From contig NC_086110.1 of NCBI RefSeq assembly GCF_963921235.1, positions 13,764,001 to 13,828,000 of the forward strand: a stretch of DNA of 64,000 nt, given 5' to 3'. Position 1 is the first letter of the stretch; each line of letters begins with the position of its first letter. This document shows, piece by piece, positions 12,830 through 24,659 of this stretch. Under the pieces are notes generated by a model, which had not been told where the DNA came from, did not search any database, and saw only the letters and a program-made list of their open reading frames with translations. The position numbers and the translations under genes were made by a program. This stretch comes from Mobula hypostoma. Lineage: Eukaryota.

Positions 12830-15660
12830 TTAAGATATATAGAATATAGAATATGGAACACAGAAAACAAAACATGAAATATAAAACAAAGAATAGTACA
12901 GCATACTTCAGGCCCTTCGGCCTACAATGTCGTGCCGACCCTTAAACCCTGCCTCCCATATAATTCCCCACCTTAAATTCCTCCATATACCAGTCTAGCA
13001 GTCTCTTAAATTTCACTAGTTTATCTGCCTCCACCACTGTCTCAGGCAGTGCATTCCACGCACCAACCTTCCTCTGATATACCGCTTCAAATTCCCACCC
13101 CTTACCTTAAAACCATGTACTCTTGTATTCAGCAGTGGTGCACTGGGGAAGAGGCGCTGGCTGTCCACTCTATCTATTCCTGTTAATATCTTGTATACCT
13201 CGAGCATGTCTCCTCTCTTCCTCCTTCTCTCCAAAGTGTAAAGCCCTTGCTCCCTTAATCTCTGATCATAATGCATTCTCTCTAAACCAGGCAGCATCCT
13301 GGTAAATCTCCTCTGTACCCGTTCCAATGCTTCCACATTCTTCCTATAGTGAGGCGACCAGAACTGCACACAGTACTCCAGTGTAGCCTAACCAGAGTTT
13401 TATAGAGCTGTATTATTACCTCGCCACTCTTAAAGTCTATCCCTTGACATATGAAAGCTAAATCCCATAGGCTTTCTTAACTAAACTATCTACCTGTGAG
13501 GCAACTTACAGGGATCTGTGGACATGTACCTCCAGATCCCTCTGCTCCTCCACACTACCAAGTATCCTGCCATTTACTTTGTACTCTGCCTTCCAGAGTG
13601 TACCACCTCACACTTCTCCGGGTTGAACTCCATCTGCCTCTTCTCAGCCCACGTCTGCATCCTATCAATATCTCTCTGGAATCTTCGACAATCCCCGACA
13701 GTATCCAAAACAGCACCAACCTTTGTGTCGTCTGCAAACTTGCCAACCCACCCTGCTACCCCCACATCCAGGTCGTTAATAAAAATCACGAAAAGTAGAG
13801 GTCCCAGAACCGATGCACGAATCATAACACTCCAATCCATATGTACTCCCTCCACCGCAACCTTCTGCTTTCTGCAGGCAAGCCAATTCTGAGTGCACCT
13901 GGCCAAACTTCTCTGGGTACCATGCCTGCTGAATATCTGATTAGCCTACCGCGTGGAACCTTGTCAAAAGCCTTACTAAAATTCATGTAATTCACATCCA
14001 CTGCTCTACCCTAATCTATATGCCTGGTCACTTCCTCAAAACTCTATCAGGGTTGTTAGACACCATCTGCCCTTCACAAAGCCATGCTAACTGTCCCTGA
14101 TCAGGCAATGATTCCCGAAATGCCCATAGATCTATATCTAAGAATCCTTTCCAAGAACTTTCCCACCACAGAAGTAAGGCTCACTGGCCTATAATTATCC
14201 GGACTATCCCTATAACCTTTGTTGAACAAAGAGACAGCTTTCGCCTCCTTCCAATCCTCCGGTACCATTCCAGTGTACAACGAGGATGGAAAGATCATAG
14301 CCACAGGCACTGCAATCTGTTCCCCCGCCTCGTGGAGCAGCCAGGGGAGTATTTCATCATGTTCCGGGGACTTATCCGTCCTATGTATTTTATCAACCCC
14401 AACACTTCCCCTCCGTTAATATCAACATGCTCCAGAACACCAACCACACTCATATTGTCCTGACCGTCATCCAGTTCCCTCTCATTGGTAAATACCGATG
14501 GGAAGTATTCATTGAGGAGCTCGCTCACTTCCACAGCTTTCAGGAACATCTTCCCATTTTTATCTCTAATCGGTCCTACCTTCACTCCTGTCATCCTTTT
14601 GTTCTTCACATAATTGAAGATTGCCTTGGGGTTTTCCTTTACCCTACTCACCAAGGCCTTTTCATGCCCCCTTCTTGCTCTCCTCAACTCCTTTCTTGCT
14701 ACCCTATATTCCTCAATAGACCCCTCTGACCCTTGATTCCTAACCCTCATGTATGTTGTCTTCTTCTACCTGACTAGATATTCCACCTCACTTGTCACCC
14801 ATGGTTCCATCACCCTACCATTCTTTATCTTCCTCACCGGGACAAATTTATCCCTAACATCCTGCAAGAGATCTTTGAACATCGACCACATGTCCATAGC
14901 ACATTTCCTTTCAAAAACATCATCCCAATTCACACCCGCAAGTTGTAGCCTTACAGTCTCATAATTTTCCCTTCCCCAATTAACAATGTTCCTGTCCCCT
15001 CTGATTCTGTCCTTTTTCATGACAATGCTAAAGGCCAGGGAGCCGTGGTCATTGTCCCTCAGATGCTCACCCACTGAGAGATCTGTGAACTGACTCGGTT
15101 AGATATGTAATACGAGATCTAGTATGACATTCACCCTTGTTGGCCTGTCAAATATTGTGACAGGAATCGGTCCTGCACATACTTAACAAACTCTGCCCCG
15201 TCTAAACCGTTGGAACTAATCAGGTGCCAATCAATATTAGGGATGTTGAAGTCACCCATGATAACAACCCTGTTATTTTTGCACCTTTCCAAAATCTACC
15301 TCCCAATCTGCTCTTCGGTATCTCTGCTGCTACCAGGGGCCCTATAGAATACCCCCAATAGAGTAACAGCTCCCTTCCTGTTCCTGACTTCCATCTATAC
15401 TGACTCAAAAGAGGATCTTGCTACATTACTCATACTTTCTGTAGCTGTAATAGCATCCCTGAGCAGTAATGCCACCCTTCCTCCTCTTTTATCCCCTCTT
15501 TCTCCCTTTTAAAGCACTAAAATCCAGGAATATTGAGAATCCATTCCTGTCCTGGTGCCAGCCAAGTCTCTGTAATGGCTACCACATTATAATCATGTAT
15601 GTATCCAAGCTCTCAGTTCATCACCTTTGCTCCTGATGCTTCTCGCATTGAAGTACACGC
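12830..15660 (-). mobile_element. Degenerate CR1 LINE (endonuclease to 3' end)
   Basis: [35 protein letters not shown] and QFWSPHYRK in minus-strand ORFs; tail at about 12830-12900. Confidence 0.9.
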
Positions 15661-15853
15661 ACTGCCGCCCTTCTACCTTCTCTATAAAATATTTCAGAAT
15701 ACTTTTAAAGATCCCTTAAAGTTTTAATACAGTGAATTATATTTATAAAGTTTACAAAGACGTGAAAGAAACAATACACATTGGATTTCAGAAATATATT
15801 CTTGGTAAAGTAGTAAAGGAGAGATGTATTTAAATTATTTGCTTTCTCCTTAG

Positions 15854-15962
15854 ATGAAGTGGGGTCTCTCACCGCCGGAATCCTACCTTGACAAAAATGC
15901 GTCTCTTGGCGATGCTTTTCTTAATTTCGAAATACTTGCCAAGAAATTCAATTGTCACTCTG
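15854..15962 (+). pseudogene. Inverted duplicate of the LRRC36-like exon 2, donor site deleted
   Basis: Same acceptor (gctttctccttag|ATGAAGTGG) and encodes SYLDKNASLGDAFLNF. The segment gaggtaagtcttctg present in the other copy is missing, removed between ctg microhomologies. Confidence 0.8.
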
Positions 15963-16324
15963 TGCTCCTAAGTAAGTAATCTCTTCCAGCTTTGTATCTG
16001 AACGTGAGTTATTCAGTATTCTAATCTCAAAGAAGATTACCTTAAGGTAAATGGAACAATGGCTATCCCAGTTGTGGCTCACATAAAACATATCCATATG
16101 CTACGAAGGGTAACTGGCTTCCCTTTGCCTCAATATATGGAAGCTTCCAACCTTCTAAGCTGTAGCTCTCCAATGGAACTGCTGGTTAACTATCAACATG
16201 ATACGCCCAAAGATTTAGAGGTTTCAGAGGAAACAATTTCCTTACATTATTTTATGCATATTTTGGGAATTAATATGATGCTATTAAGCAGACGTGATTG
16301 CAGATCCATGTAAAAGCACACTTC

Positions 16325-16920
16325 ACCCATATTTGTCTGAACGCATTAAACACCGGGATCAGCTGAGATTTACGTCAGGCTACTGTGGGAAGTAAGGGAG
16401 GAGATTGCTGAGCCTCTCGTGATGATCTTTGCATCATCAATAGGGGCAGGGGAAGTACCGGAAGTTTGAAGGGTTGCAAATGTTCCCTTGTTCAAGAAAG
16501 GGAGTAGAGATAACCAATGAAACTATAGATAAGTGAATCCTACTTCAGTAGTGGGCAAGTTCTTGTAGAATATCCTGAGAGGCAGGATGTAGGAGCATTT
16601 GGAAAGACGTACCTGATTAAGGATTGTCAGCATGGCTTTGTCTACGAGCGTGATTGAATCCTTTGAAGATGTAACAAAACAAATTGATGAAGGTTGAGTA
16701 GTGGATGTTGTGTGTATGTATTTCAGTAAGGCATTTAATAAGGTCCCCATGCGAGGCTCATTTAGAAAATATTGAGGCATGGGATCCAAGGAGACCTTGC
16801 TTTGAGGATCCAGAATTAGCTTGCCAACAGAGTCAAAGGGTTGTTGTAGATGTTTCGTATTCTGCATGGAGGGCGGTGACCAGTGGCGTTCCATGGGGAT
16901 TTGTCTGAGTCCACTCCTCT
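16325..16920 (+). mobile_element. CR1 RT fragment in the spacer of the inverted duplication
   Basis: Degenerate VPLFKKGSRDN, FSKAFNKVP and VTSGVPWG motifs. Confidence 0.8.
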
Positions 16921-17001
16921 TTGAGATTATAAACACTGAAAAACTCACTTTCAGATACGAAGTTGGAAGACATTACTTACTAAGGAGCACAGAAGACTTA
17001 C

Positions 17002-17111
17002 CTCCAGAATGACAATTGAATTTCTTGACAAGTATTTTGAAATTAAGCAAAGCATCGCTAAGAGACATTTTTCTACAGTAGTTTCCGGCCGTGAGAGAGA
17101 TTCCACTTCAT
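17002..17111 (-). pseudogene. LRRC36: LRRC36/CEP72-family exon 2 equivalent with internal deletions
   Basis: Acceptor ttatttgctttctccttag and donor ctggag|gtaagt; 110 nt. Begins (D)EVESLS and ends LSRNSIVILE; the middle SLSDALLNFK is in a shifted frame. About 18 nt shorter than the recalled 128-nt human exon. Confidence 0.78.
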
Positions 17112-17457
17112 CTAAGGAGAAAGCAAATAATTTAAAAGCATCTCTTCTTTATTACTTTACCAATGACATATTTCTGAAATCCAATGTGTATTGTTTCTTC
17201 CATGTCTTTGTAAACTTTATAAATACAATTTGGTGTATTAAAACATTGAAGAGGATCTTTAAATGTATTCTCAAATATTCCCTTGAGAAAATTGAAATGC
17301 AGATACTTTTGGAAAAATAAAAGACATCCATGAACAGTGTATATGTTGTTAATTTGCAAAGGAATTAACAATCAACCGTCAGGGTAAAAATATCTCTTAT
17401 ACAGAAAATGACGACAGGCCATGCATTGATTTCCGACACTCTACTGCCAGAATTTAA

Positions 17458-18036
17458 TGTAACATGCTGTAGGGTTTCACTGTTTATGTAATGGCTTCTC
17501 TGTAATGTTCCACTGCTGAGGTAATGGTTTCTCTGTAGCAACAATGTCCGGGTTATGATGAGAGATAACGGCGCATACTACCAATGAGTGGGATGTTGTT
17601 CTGTCTGCGTGTCTGGGAGCCGGGAATTCGCGGACTTTTGCCGGGGAGAGATGAGGAGTGAAAATGCGAATGGAGAGAGTTGGGAGATGTCGGACGGAGT
17701 GGACTTGGAGCGAGAGTCCGAAGGAGAGCGACGATCGGAGGAGGTCGCTGTTGGACGATCGGCCTTACCAGTGAACTCCAGCGTTGCGCATTAGACTGTT
17801 TCATGGGAATAGGCTCTTTTTTTTGTTGTTGTTGTTTTCTTTACTAACCATATAGTCAAATTAAGAATTATAAAGCTCAATCGTTTACGCATATTGTGTG
17901 CTGTTTGATATTTGTGGTACTGATTTGTAACAGGGGACGCGTCGCGCAGCATCCACACAAACGAGATTTCTTAAGTTTGGCCGGGCCGGGGGCTATCATC
18001 CCCTATATTAAGCCGCTAGCCGAAGCGAGAGTTACA
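17458..18036. mobile_element. Solo LTR (579 bp)
   Basis: TGTAAC...GTTACA termini and a perfect 5-bp TSD TTTAA (17453-17457 and 18037-18041). Confidence 0.9.
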
Positions 18037-19003
18037 TTTAAACTATGAGCTTGTGCCCTTAATTTCCCTGTTAGTCTCCAAGTTGCACATTCAGGCTTTC
18101 CACATCACTATCCCCTTTTTGGACATTCAGGAAGAAGTTATTTTCCTGGAACCAGGCCATAGCTTCTTCCACTCCGTTCTCGAGGCATTGATCGTGATGA
18201 GCTTCGCCACAGACTTGACAATGTAATTACTCATGTGTATTCACATGCAGTCACATACGTGCAAAATGTACAGAGTAGGCACAGCACGCGGCCCTGGGGG
18301 TCACCCATGTTGAGGATAATGGAAAGGATTATTACTATCCTTACGTCACCTCAGGCCAAGGGAAACGGCGTCGGGCAATGGAGGGGAGGAGCGGTTATAT
18401 ATCGTTTCTATCCAAAGGCTATTGGTTAGTAAGTTCAGCACCCAGTTGCACACTGCTGAATTTAGAACGAAGAGGATGTTCAAAGTACATTTATTATCAA
18501 AGTAAGTTGCAGGATGCAACCCTGAGATTTGTCTTCCCACAGACAGCAACGAAACAAAGAAACGCCATGGAAACTGTTCAAAAAAATTCAAACTCCAAAA
18601 TGTAAACGAAAATAACAGATCACACAAATAGCAAAGAAAGAACGAAAAACACAGAATATAAAACATCAAACCATAAGGCCATCAAAGCTAACCAGCAAAG
18701 TTCAGTTCAGTTCCATTTAGTGCTGTAGCTTTCATTGACTGCAGGCCGCTGAGACCGTCCATCGGGATCAGAATTCCACAAATAGCAATGTAAAAGGAGT
18801 AACCAAAAACACATCATTACATGAACTACAGAGTCCTGTGCACATACTGTGTCAATTAAACTTTGCACATAGCACCATGTGAGGAAAGGAGGGTTTAGCG
18901 GTGAAGAGAGAGAGGGGAATGGGTGGACGGAGTAGTGAGGAAGATGGGGAGATCTAAAGCAATATATTCCTCCAGCAGCAGTGAACGAGAGATGAACACC
19001 TAC

Positions 19004-19045
19004 TTGCCTTCCGCTCTCATCCTCCTGATACTTCCTCGGCACTTT
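19004..19045 (-). pseudogene. Possible exon-1 remnant of the LRRC36-like gene
   Basis: gccgaggaagtatcaggaggatgagagcggaaggcaa|gtaggt resembles the recalled LRRC36 N-terminus EEGIRR with a one-base loss. It has a good donor and is colinear with exons 2 and 3. Short and weak. Confidence 0.3.
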
Positions 19046-19589
19046 AAATCAGTGAGATCGGCAAGAAACAGGGTTAATCCTGGGCTCGCACCGTCTCCAG
19101 GCTGCTAAGCCTCCAAGCCGTGGACCATTTCCTCAAAACCTTACCCATTCTATTGGAAACAGCACAGCACCAGATCACTCGATCCGCCGAAAATCACATC
19201 GAAAAAATGTAAATTACAGGCTTCAATAGGAGCAGAGTCATATTTGAAAGAGGTGAAATAAGTGGCCTTGTGAACCGCCTGAAGCATTCGATTCTAATTG
19301 CTTTGTTCACGAGTACCATCTTCTTCCACATATCAATGTCTATGGGACAATAGTTTGACAGTCGAACGACAATTCATCTTCCTCTCACAAGGTCAAATTA
19401 AATATTGTCCTTGGTCTTATACACAGTATCCAGATCTAGTTTTGTATTGGAGTCATAGAGTGTTGCAAATAACTCCTCTGGTTATTCCTTCCAAAAGAAG
19501 GAATAACAATTATTTTCTTTTTCATTCAACTGGCTGATATTCTGTTCTGTCATCTCATACAGTCACTACACTGCACAGGTGAATTGATT

Positions 19590-21350
19590 ATGGGGAGCAA
19601 GGGCATGGGCAGACCAATTGAATAACTACTTTGGTTCTGTCTTCACTAAGGAGGACATAACTAATCATCCGGAAATAGTAGGGGACAGAGGGTCCAGTGA
19701 GATGGAGGAACTGGGGCAAATACATGTTAGAAGGGAAGTGGTAAATTGAAGGGATTAAAGGCAGATAAATCCCCAGGGTCAGATGGTCTGCATCCCAGAG
19801 TGCTTAACGAAGTAGCCCAAGAAATAGTGGATGCATTAGTGATAATTTTTCAAAACTCTTTAGGTTGTGGACTAGTTCCTGAGCATTGGAGGGTGGCTAA
19901 TGTAACCCCACTTTTTAAAAAAGGAGGGAGAGAGAAACCGGGGAACTATAGACCAGTTAGCCTAACATCGGTGGTGGGGAAAATGTTAGAGTCAGTTATC
20001 AAAGATGTGATAACAGCACATTTGGAAAGCGGTGAAATCATCGGACATAGTCAGCATGGATTTGTGAAAGGAAAATCATGTCTGATGAATCTCATAGAAT
20101 TTTATGAGGATGCAACTAGTAGAGTGGATAGGGGAGAACCAGTGGATGTGGTATATTTGGATTTTCAAAAGGCTTTTGGCAAGGTCCCACACAGGAGATT
20201 AGTGTGCAAACTTAATGAACATGGTATTGGGGGTAAGCTGTTGATGTGGATAGAGAATTGGTTGGCAGGCAGGAAGCAAAGAGTGGGAATAAACGGGACC
20301 TTTTCAGAATGTCAGGCAGTGACTAGTGGGGTACCGCAAGGCTCAGTGCTGGGACCCCAGTTGTTTAAAATATATATTAATGACTTAGATGAGGGAATTA
20401 AATGCAGCATCTCCAAGTTTGCGGATGACACGAAGCTGGGCGGCAGTGTTAGCTGTGAGGAGGATGCTAAGAGGATGCAGGGTGACTTGGATAGGTTAGG
20501 TGAGTGGGCAGATTCATGTCAGATGCAATTTAATGTGGATAAATGTGAGGTTATCCGCTTTGATGGCAAAAACAAGAAAATAGATTATTATCTGAATGGT
20601 GGCCGATTAGGAAAAGGAGAGGTGCAACGAGACCTGGGTGTCATTATACACCAGTCATTGAAAGTGGGCATGCAGGTACAGCAGGCGGTGAAAAAGGCGA
20701 ATGGTATGCTGGCATTCGTAGCAAGAGGATTCAAGTACAGGAGCAGGGAGGTACTACTACAGTTGTACAAGGTCGTGGTGAGACCACACTTGGAGTATTG
20801 TGTGCAATTTTGGTCCCCTAATCTGAGGAAAGACATCCTTGCCATAGAGGGAGTACAAAGAAGGTTCACCAGATTGATTCCTGGGATGGCAGGACTTTCA
20901 TATGATAAAAGACTGGATCAACTAGGCTTATACTCGTTGGGATTTAGAAGATTTATGGGGGATCTTATTGAAACGTATAAAATCCTAAAAGGATTGGACA
21001 GGCTAGATGCAAGAAGATTGTTCCTGATGTTGGGGAAGTGCAGAACGAGGGGTCACAGTTTGCGGATAAAGGGGAAGACTTTTAGGACCGAGATTAGGAA
21101 AAACTTCTTCACACAGGGAGTGGTAAATCTGTGAAATTCTCTGCCACAGGAAACAGTTGAGGCCAGTTCATTGGCTATATTTAAGAGGGAGTTAGATATG
21201 GCCCTTGAGGCTAAAGGGATCGGGGGTATGGAGGGAAGGTTGATACAGGGTTCTGAGTTGGATGATCAGCCATGATCATACTGAATGGCGGTGCAGGCTC
21301 GAAGGGCTGAATCGCCTACTCCTGTACCTTTATTCTATGTTTTTCTATGT
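19590..21350 (+). mobile_element. 5'-truncated CR1 LINE with an uninterrupted 462-codon RT ORF (19746-21134)
   Basis: PGNYRPVSLTS, YLDFQKAF, SGVPQGSVLGP and KFADDTK motifs; (ttctatgt)n tail. Confidence 0.95.
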
Positions 21351-21359
21351 TTTACACTC

Positions 21360-22545
21360 TTCAAGAAGGTTTAAAAGGCAGAAGAAAAGAAATTATAGAT
21401 TAGTCAGTCTGGCGTAAGTGGTGGGGAAGTTATTGAACCCGATTGTTAAGGATGTGGTTTCGGTGTACTTGGAGACACATCATAAAATAGGCCGTAGTTA
21501 GCATGGTTTCCTCAAAGGAAAATCTTTCCTGATGGATCGGGGGGAATTCTTTGAAACAATAACAAGCATGATAGACTAAAGAGTATTGGTTGAAATGTAC
21601 TTCGATTTTGAGATGGTGGCAAACATGAAGCTGCAGCCTACGAACCAATGGATTTACAAGAAAAAAATACGAGCATGGATAAGGCAGGGGCTGATTAGTC
21701 GAAGGTAAATTTTTGGAATAAAGGAAGTATTTTCTGCTTGACAGCGGGTGCTTCACAGAGGTCTGTGTTGGGCTGATTCTTTTTACATTATATGTCAATG
21801 ATTTGGATGATGCAATTGGTAGCTTTGATGCAAATATTCCAGACGATATGAAGATGGTGGAGAGCAGGTAGCTTTGAGGAAGTAGCGAGGCTATAGTAGG
21901 ACTTCGTCAGATTTGGAGAATGGGCAAAGTAGTGGTAGATGGAAAGCAATGTCGGGAGGTGTATGGTTATTTTCAGGTTGACTTTGTGATGAAGAAGGCA
22001 AATGAGATTTTCGCATTCATTTCAAGAGGACTAGAATATAAATGCAAGAATGTAATGTTAAGAATTTATCAAGCACAGGTGAGGCCTCACTTCGCATATT
22101 GTGATCAATTTTGGATCCCTAATCTTGAAAAGGATGTGCTGAAACTGGAGCGGGTTCAACTGAAACCTTTCAGATGGTGAAAGGCCTTGATAGTCTAGAT
22201 GTGGAGAAAATGTTTCCCATGGTGGAAGTGTCTAAGACCAGAGGACACAACCTCAGAAATGATGGGCGTATTTTTGAAAGGAGATGATTGGGAATGTCTT
22301 TAGCCGGAGAATTGCGAATCTGTGGAATTTGTTGCCTCAGGCAGCTGTGGAGACGACGTCTTTATGTCTGTTTAAGAGAGAAGTTGATAGATTCTTGATT
22401 GGTCATAGCATGAAGGGATACGAGGAAAGGCAGGAAATTGGGGATGAGTGGAAAATTGGATCACCCGTGATGAAATAGCAGAACAGATTCAATGGGCGAA
22501 ATGGCCTAATTCTGCTCCTACTTCTCATGGTCGTATGGTCTAATA
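21360..22545 (+). mobile_element. Older degenerate CR1 3' fragment
   Basis: Decayed RT and C-terminal motifs; tail cctaattctgctcctacttctcatggtcgtatggtc. Confidence 0.8.
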
Positions 22546-22916
22546 ATAGTACTAATGTTAGAGAAGTTGAGGTTTTAAATGTGATTGCAATCAAATTGAT
22601 TGCCTAAAATTGTAACTCCTGACAGCTAACTAAAATCGCCAATTTACATCACAACGCTAAAATCTACATCATCGCCCCGAACTTCGACTTCTATCCAAAT
22701 ACCTCCCTCTGCATTATTAGTTTTTTTTTTCATTTAGCGCTTTTTTTTAACTTGTTGGAAATTTTGCTATGAAATACGCTACACACAAGTTCATATGGAC
22801 TGTAAATAATGTAGAAGGAGTTCGTGGGAAAAATGCATTTCACATTTTGTTTTGTGTTTGTACAGTTGTCCAGGTTCATTCAGTGCAGATCTTCCTTTCA
22901 ATGTTTCCAGTCTAAT

Positions 22917-23210
22917 CTTGTTAGATAATACAGATGAGTCTGGCAGGAACGTTCACGATTCGTGAGATATCCAGTGAAAACAACTTTTCCCTGACAGGCT
23001 GTGCATCTCCAATGTGCTAGAAGCCTCATAAACTCCTTCTCATAAAAGTTCCGTTTATTACGGCTTTTATCCTGGTTAGAATTTCTGTATTATTTTGTAT
23101 CCAAAAGATTTCTGATTTATTTGGGTAAAAGGCTACCGTTTTATATTTGAGTTTCCGGGAATTTGGTGAGGTCCCTTTATCACGAATGATTTTCAGCGGA
23201 GTTTGAGGAA
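22917..23210 (-). pseudogene. Decayed C1-set exon of SIRP-like paralog B
   Basis: Aligns by eye along its length with 63331-63627 (ccgctgaaaatcattcgtg; gaggcttctagcac; tatctcacgaa). First Cys TGT is TAT, second Cys codon is deleted, there are frameshifts and stops, and the donor is caag|attaga instead of caag|gtaaga. Confidence 0.9.
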
Positions 23211-23300
23211 CTGCAACGTAATAAAACGCCAGATTGAATTTTCAGCTATTATTTCAACGCATGTGTTCTCTGTCGAACAGTGGTATGCTGCCACTCCCAA

Positions 23301-24477
23301 TCTATATACTACTAAAACTCCCATGCTCTGTTTGTCTGTTTGTGACCTCCAATTAGCGCAAACGTTAGATTACATCGGCACTATTTTTGGCTAAATCGAC
23401 TTAAATGCGCTATCTTACGGAATGCAGGCAAAGTTCAGGGTTATATATTCGTATAGAATTGCTCACTTGTCAAAATCAACAGCCCCGCTTTCACCCGACA
23501 GCCGATGTCAGCCATGACGGAAACCGCGACGCGACACCACGACGGATGCGCATGGCCAGCCTTAGCAGCAACTCACGGTGCTCACAGCAGCGACACCAAC
23601 CGGAGCAAAAGGGCAAGGCAGCTCTATCTCCAGCGGTCACATTCTGCTAATCACCACCAGCATGGGCAGGATTGGGACAGATCAAACTGAATGACATCAA
23701 TAAGAGATAATTAAATTTATTGTAATGACGTACTTCGAGACACCCATCAAACCCTTTGCTACAGTCAAAGGACAGCGGTGACTATAACACGTCCAATTAG
23801 GAGAGCGCCAACCACATCACAAGAAAAATCTGCATCCTGGAGGCTTTGGTGATACTGCTTCGTGTCTTCTATTCAGCATTAGGGTAAAAAAAAATATGCC
23901 GCGCGGAAAGAGAAGGGGGACATTATGGTTAAGAGATGACGCCAAACGTCGTCGGGAAGGGGCAAGGAGAGGAACAGAACGAGAATCGGATGAGGCCAGG
24001 GCAGTACGACTTTAATTTCAAAGAGTCAGGATAAAAAAGATGAGAGAATAAGAGACAGAAGAGGAGAGGCATGGTCGTCTCCAAAATGACAACAACTGGC
24101 ATAGAAGGAGGAGAGAGGAAGAGACAAAGAAGCTGAGAAATGCACGTCTCCAGGATCAGAGACAAAGAACAAACAGCAGAAAAGATGACGAGATGGGGGA
24201 TGAAAGCACTGCACGTCTACAGAATGACAACGAGAGGCACAAGGGTGGCAGATCAACCAGAAATAATGCCATCAAAAGCGTCCTTCGTTAACAGAGGCGG
24301 AGCTATATTTGCCTTGCTAAGCGTCGTTCTTCTTTAATAAACTGAGGTTTTCTGCTTCAATTTCCAAAGCAAAGCGATATCAATAGCATTCAGGAAAATG
24401 TAATGTTTATTCTGGTCACATCAGATTGCACTACCCTTCTCTCAAGCGGTGCCCCAATGGGTCGCCCCGTTGTCTAG
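23301..24477 (+). mobile_element. Non-autonomous Helitron (1177 bp)
   Basis: A|TCTATATAC start, subterminal GC hairpin (ggtgccccaatgggtcgcccc), CTAG|T end and no TSD. Carries a decayed MPRGKRR..ESDEARAVRL..EETEEERHGRLQ repeat ORF. The empty site is seen in the paralog at 63709/63710. Confidence 0.88.
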
Positions 24478-24659
24478 TTGCTATTATTGCTGTTTCAAAA
24501 CCACTGAGATTGTCCTTTAATACTTTGTTTCACGGGGCAAGTAAATATGACCCAGCCAATCACAAGGCAAAACACAAACAAGGAAAAACTTAGTGCTGAC
24601 TATAGGCGAGGAACGCGGGACTATTTGGAATGGACGAAGCAGATTTAGCGCATGTTGAC

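Noticed and set aside
19746-21134. 462-aa reverse transcriptase ORF as a host gene or novel RT system
   Set aside because: It is an ordinary 5'-truncated CR1 ORF2 with the family's 3' tail, and many homologous copies occur in the window.
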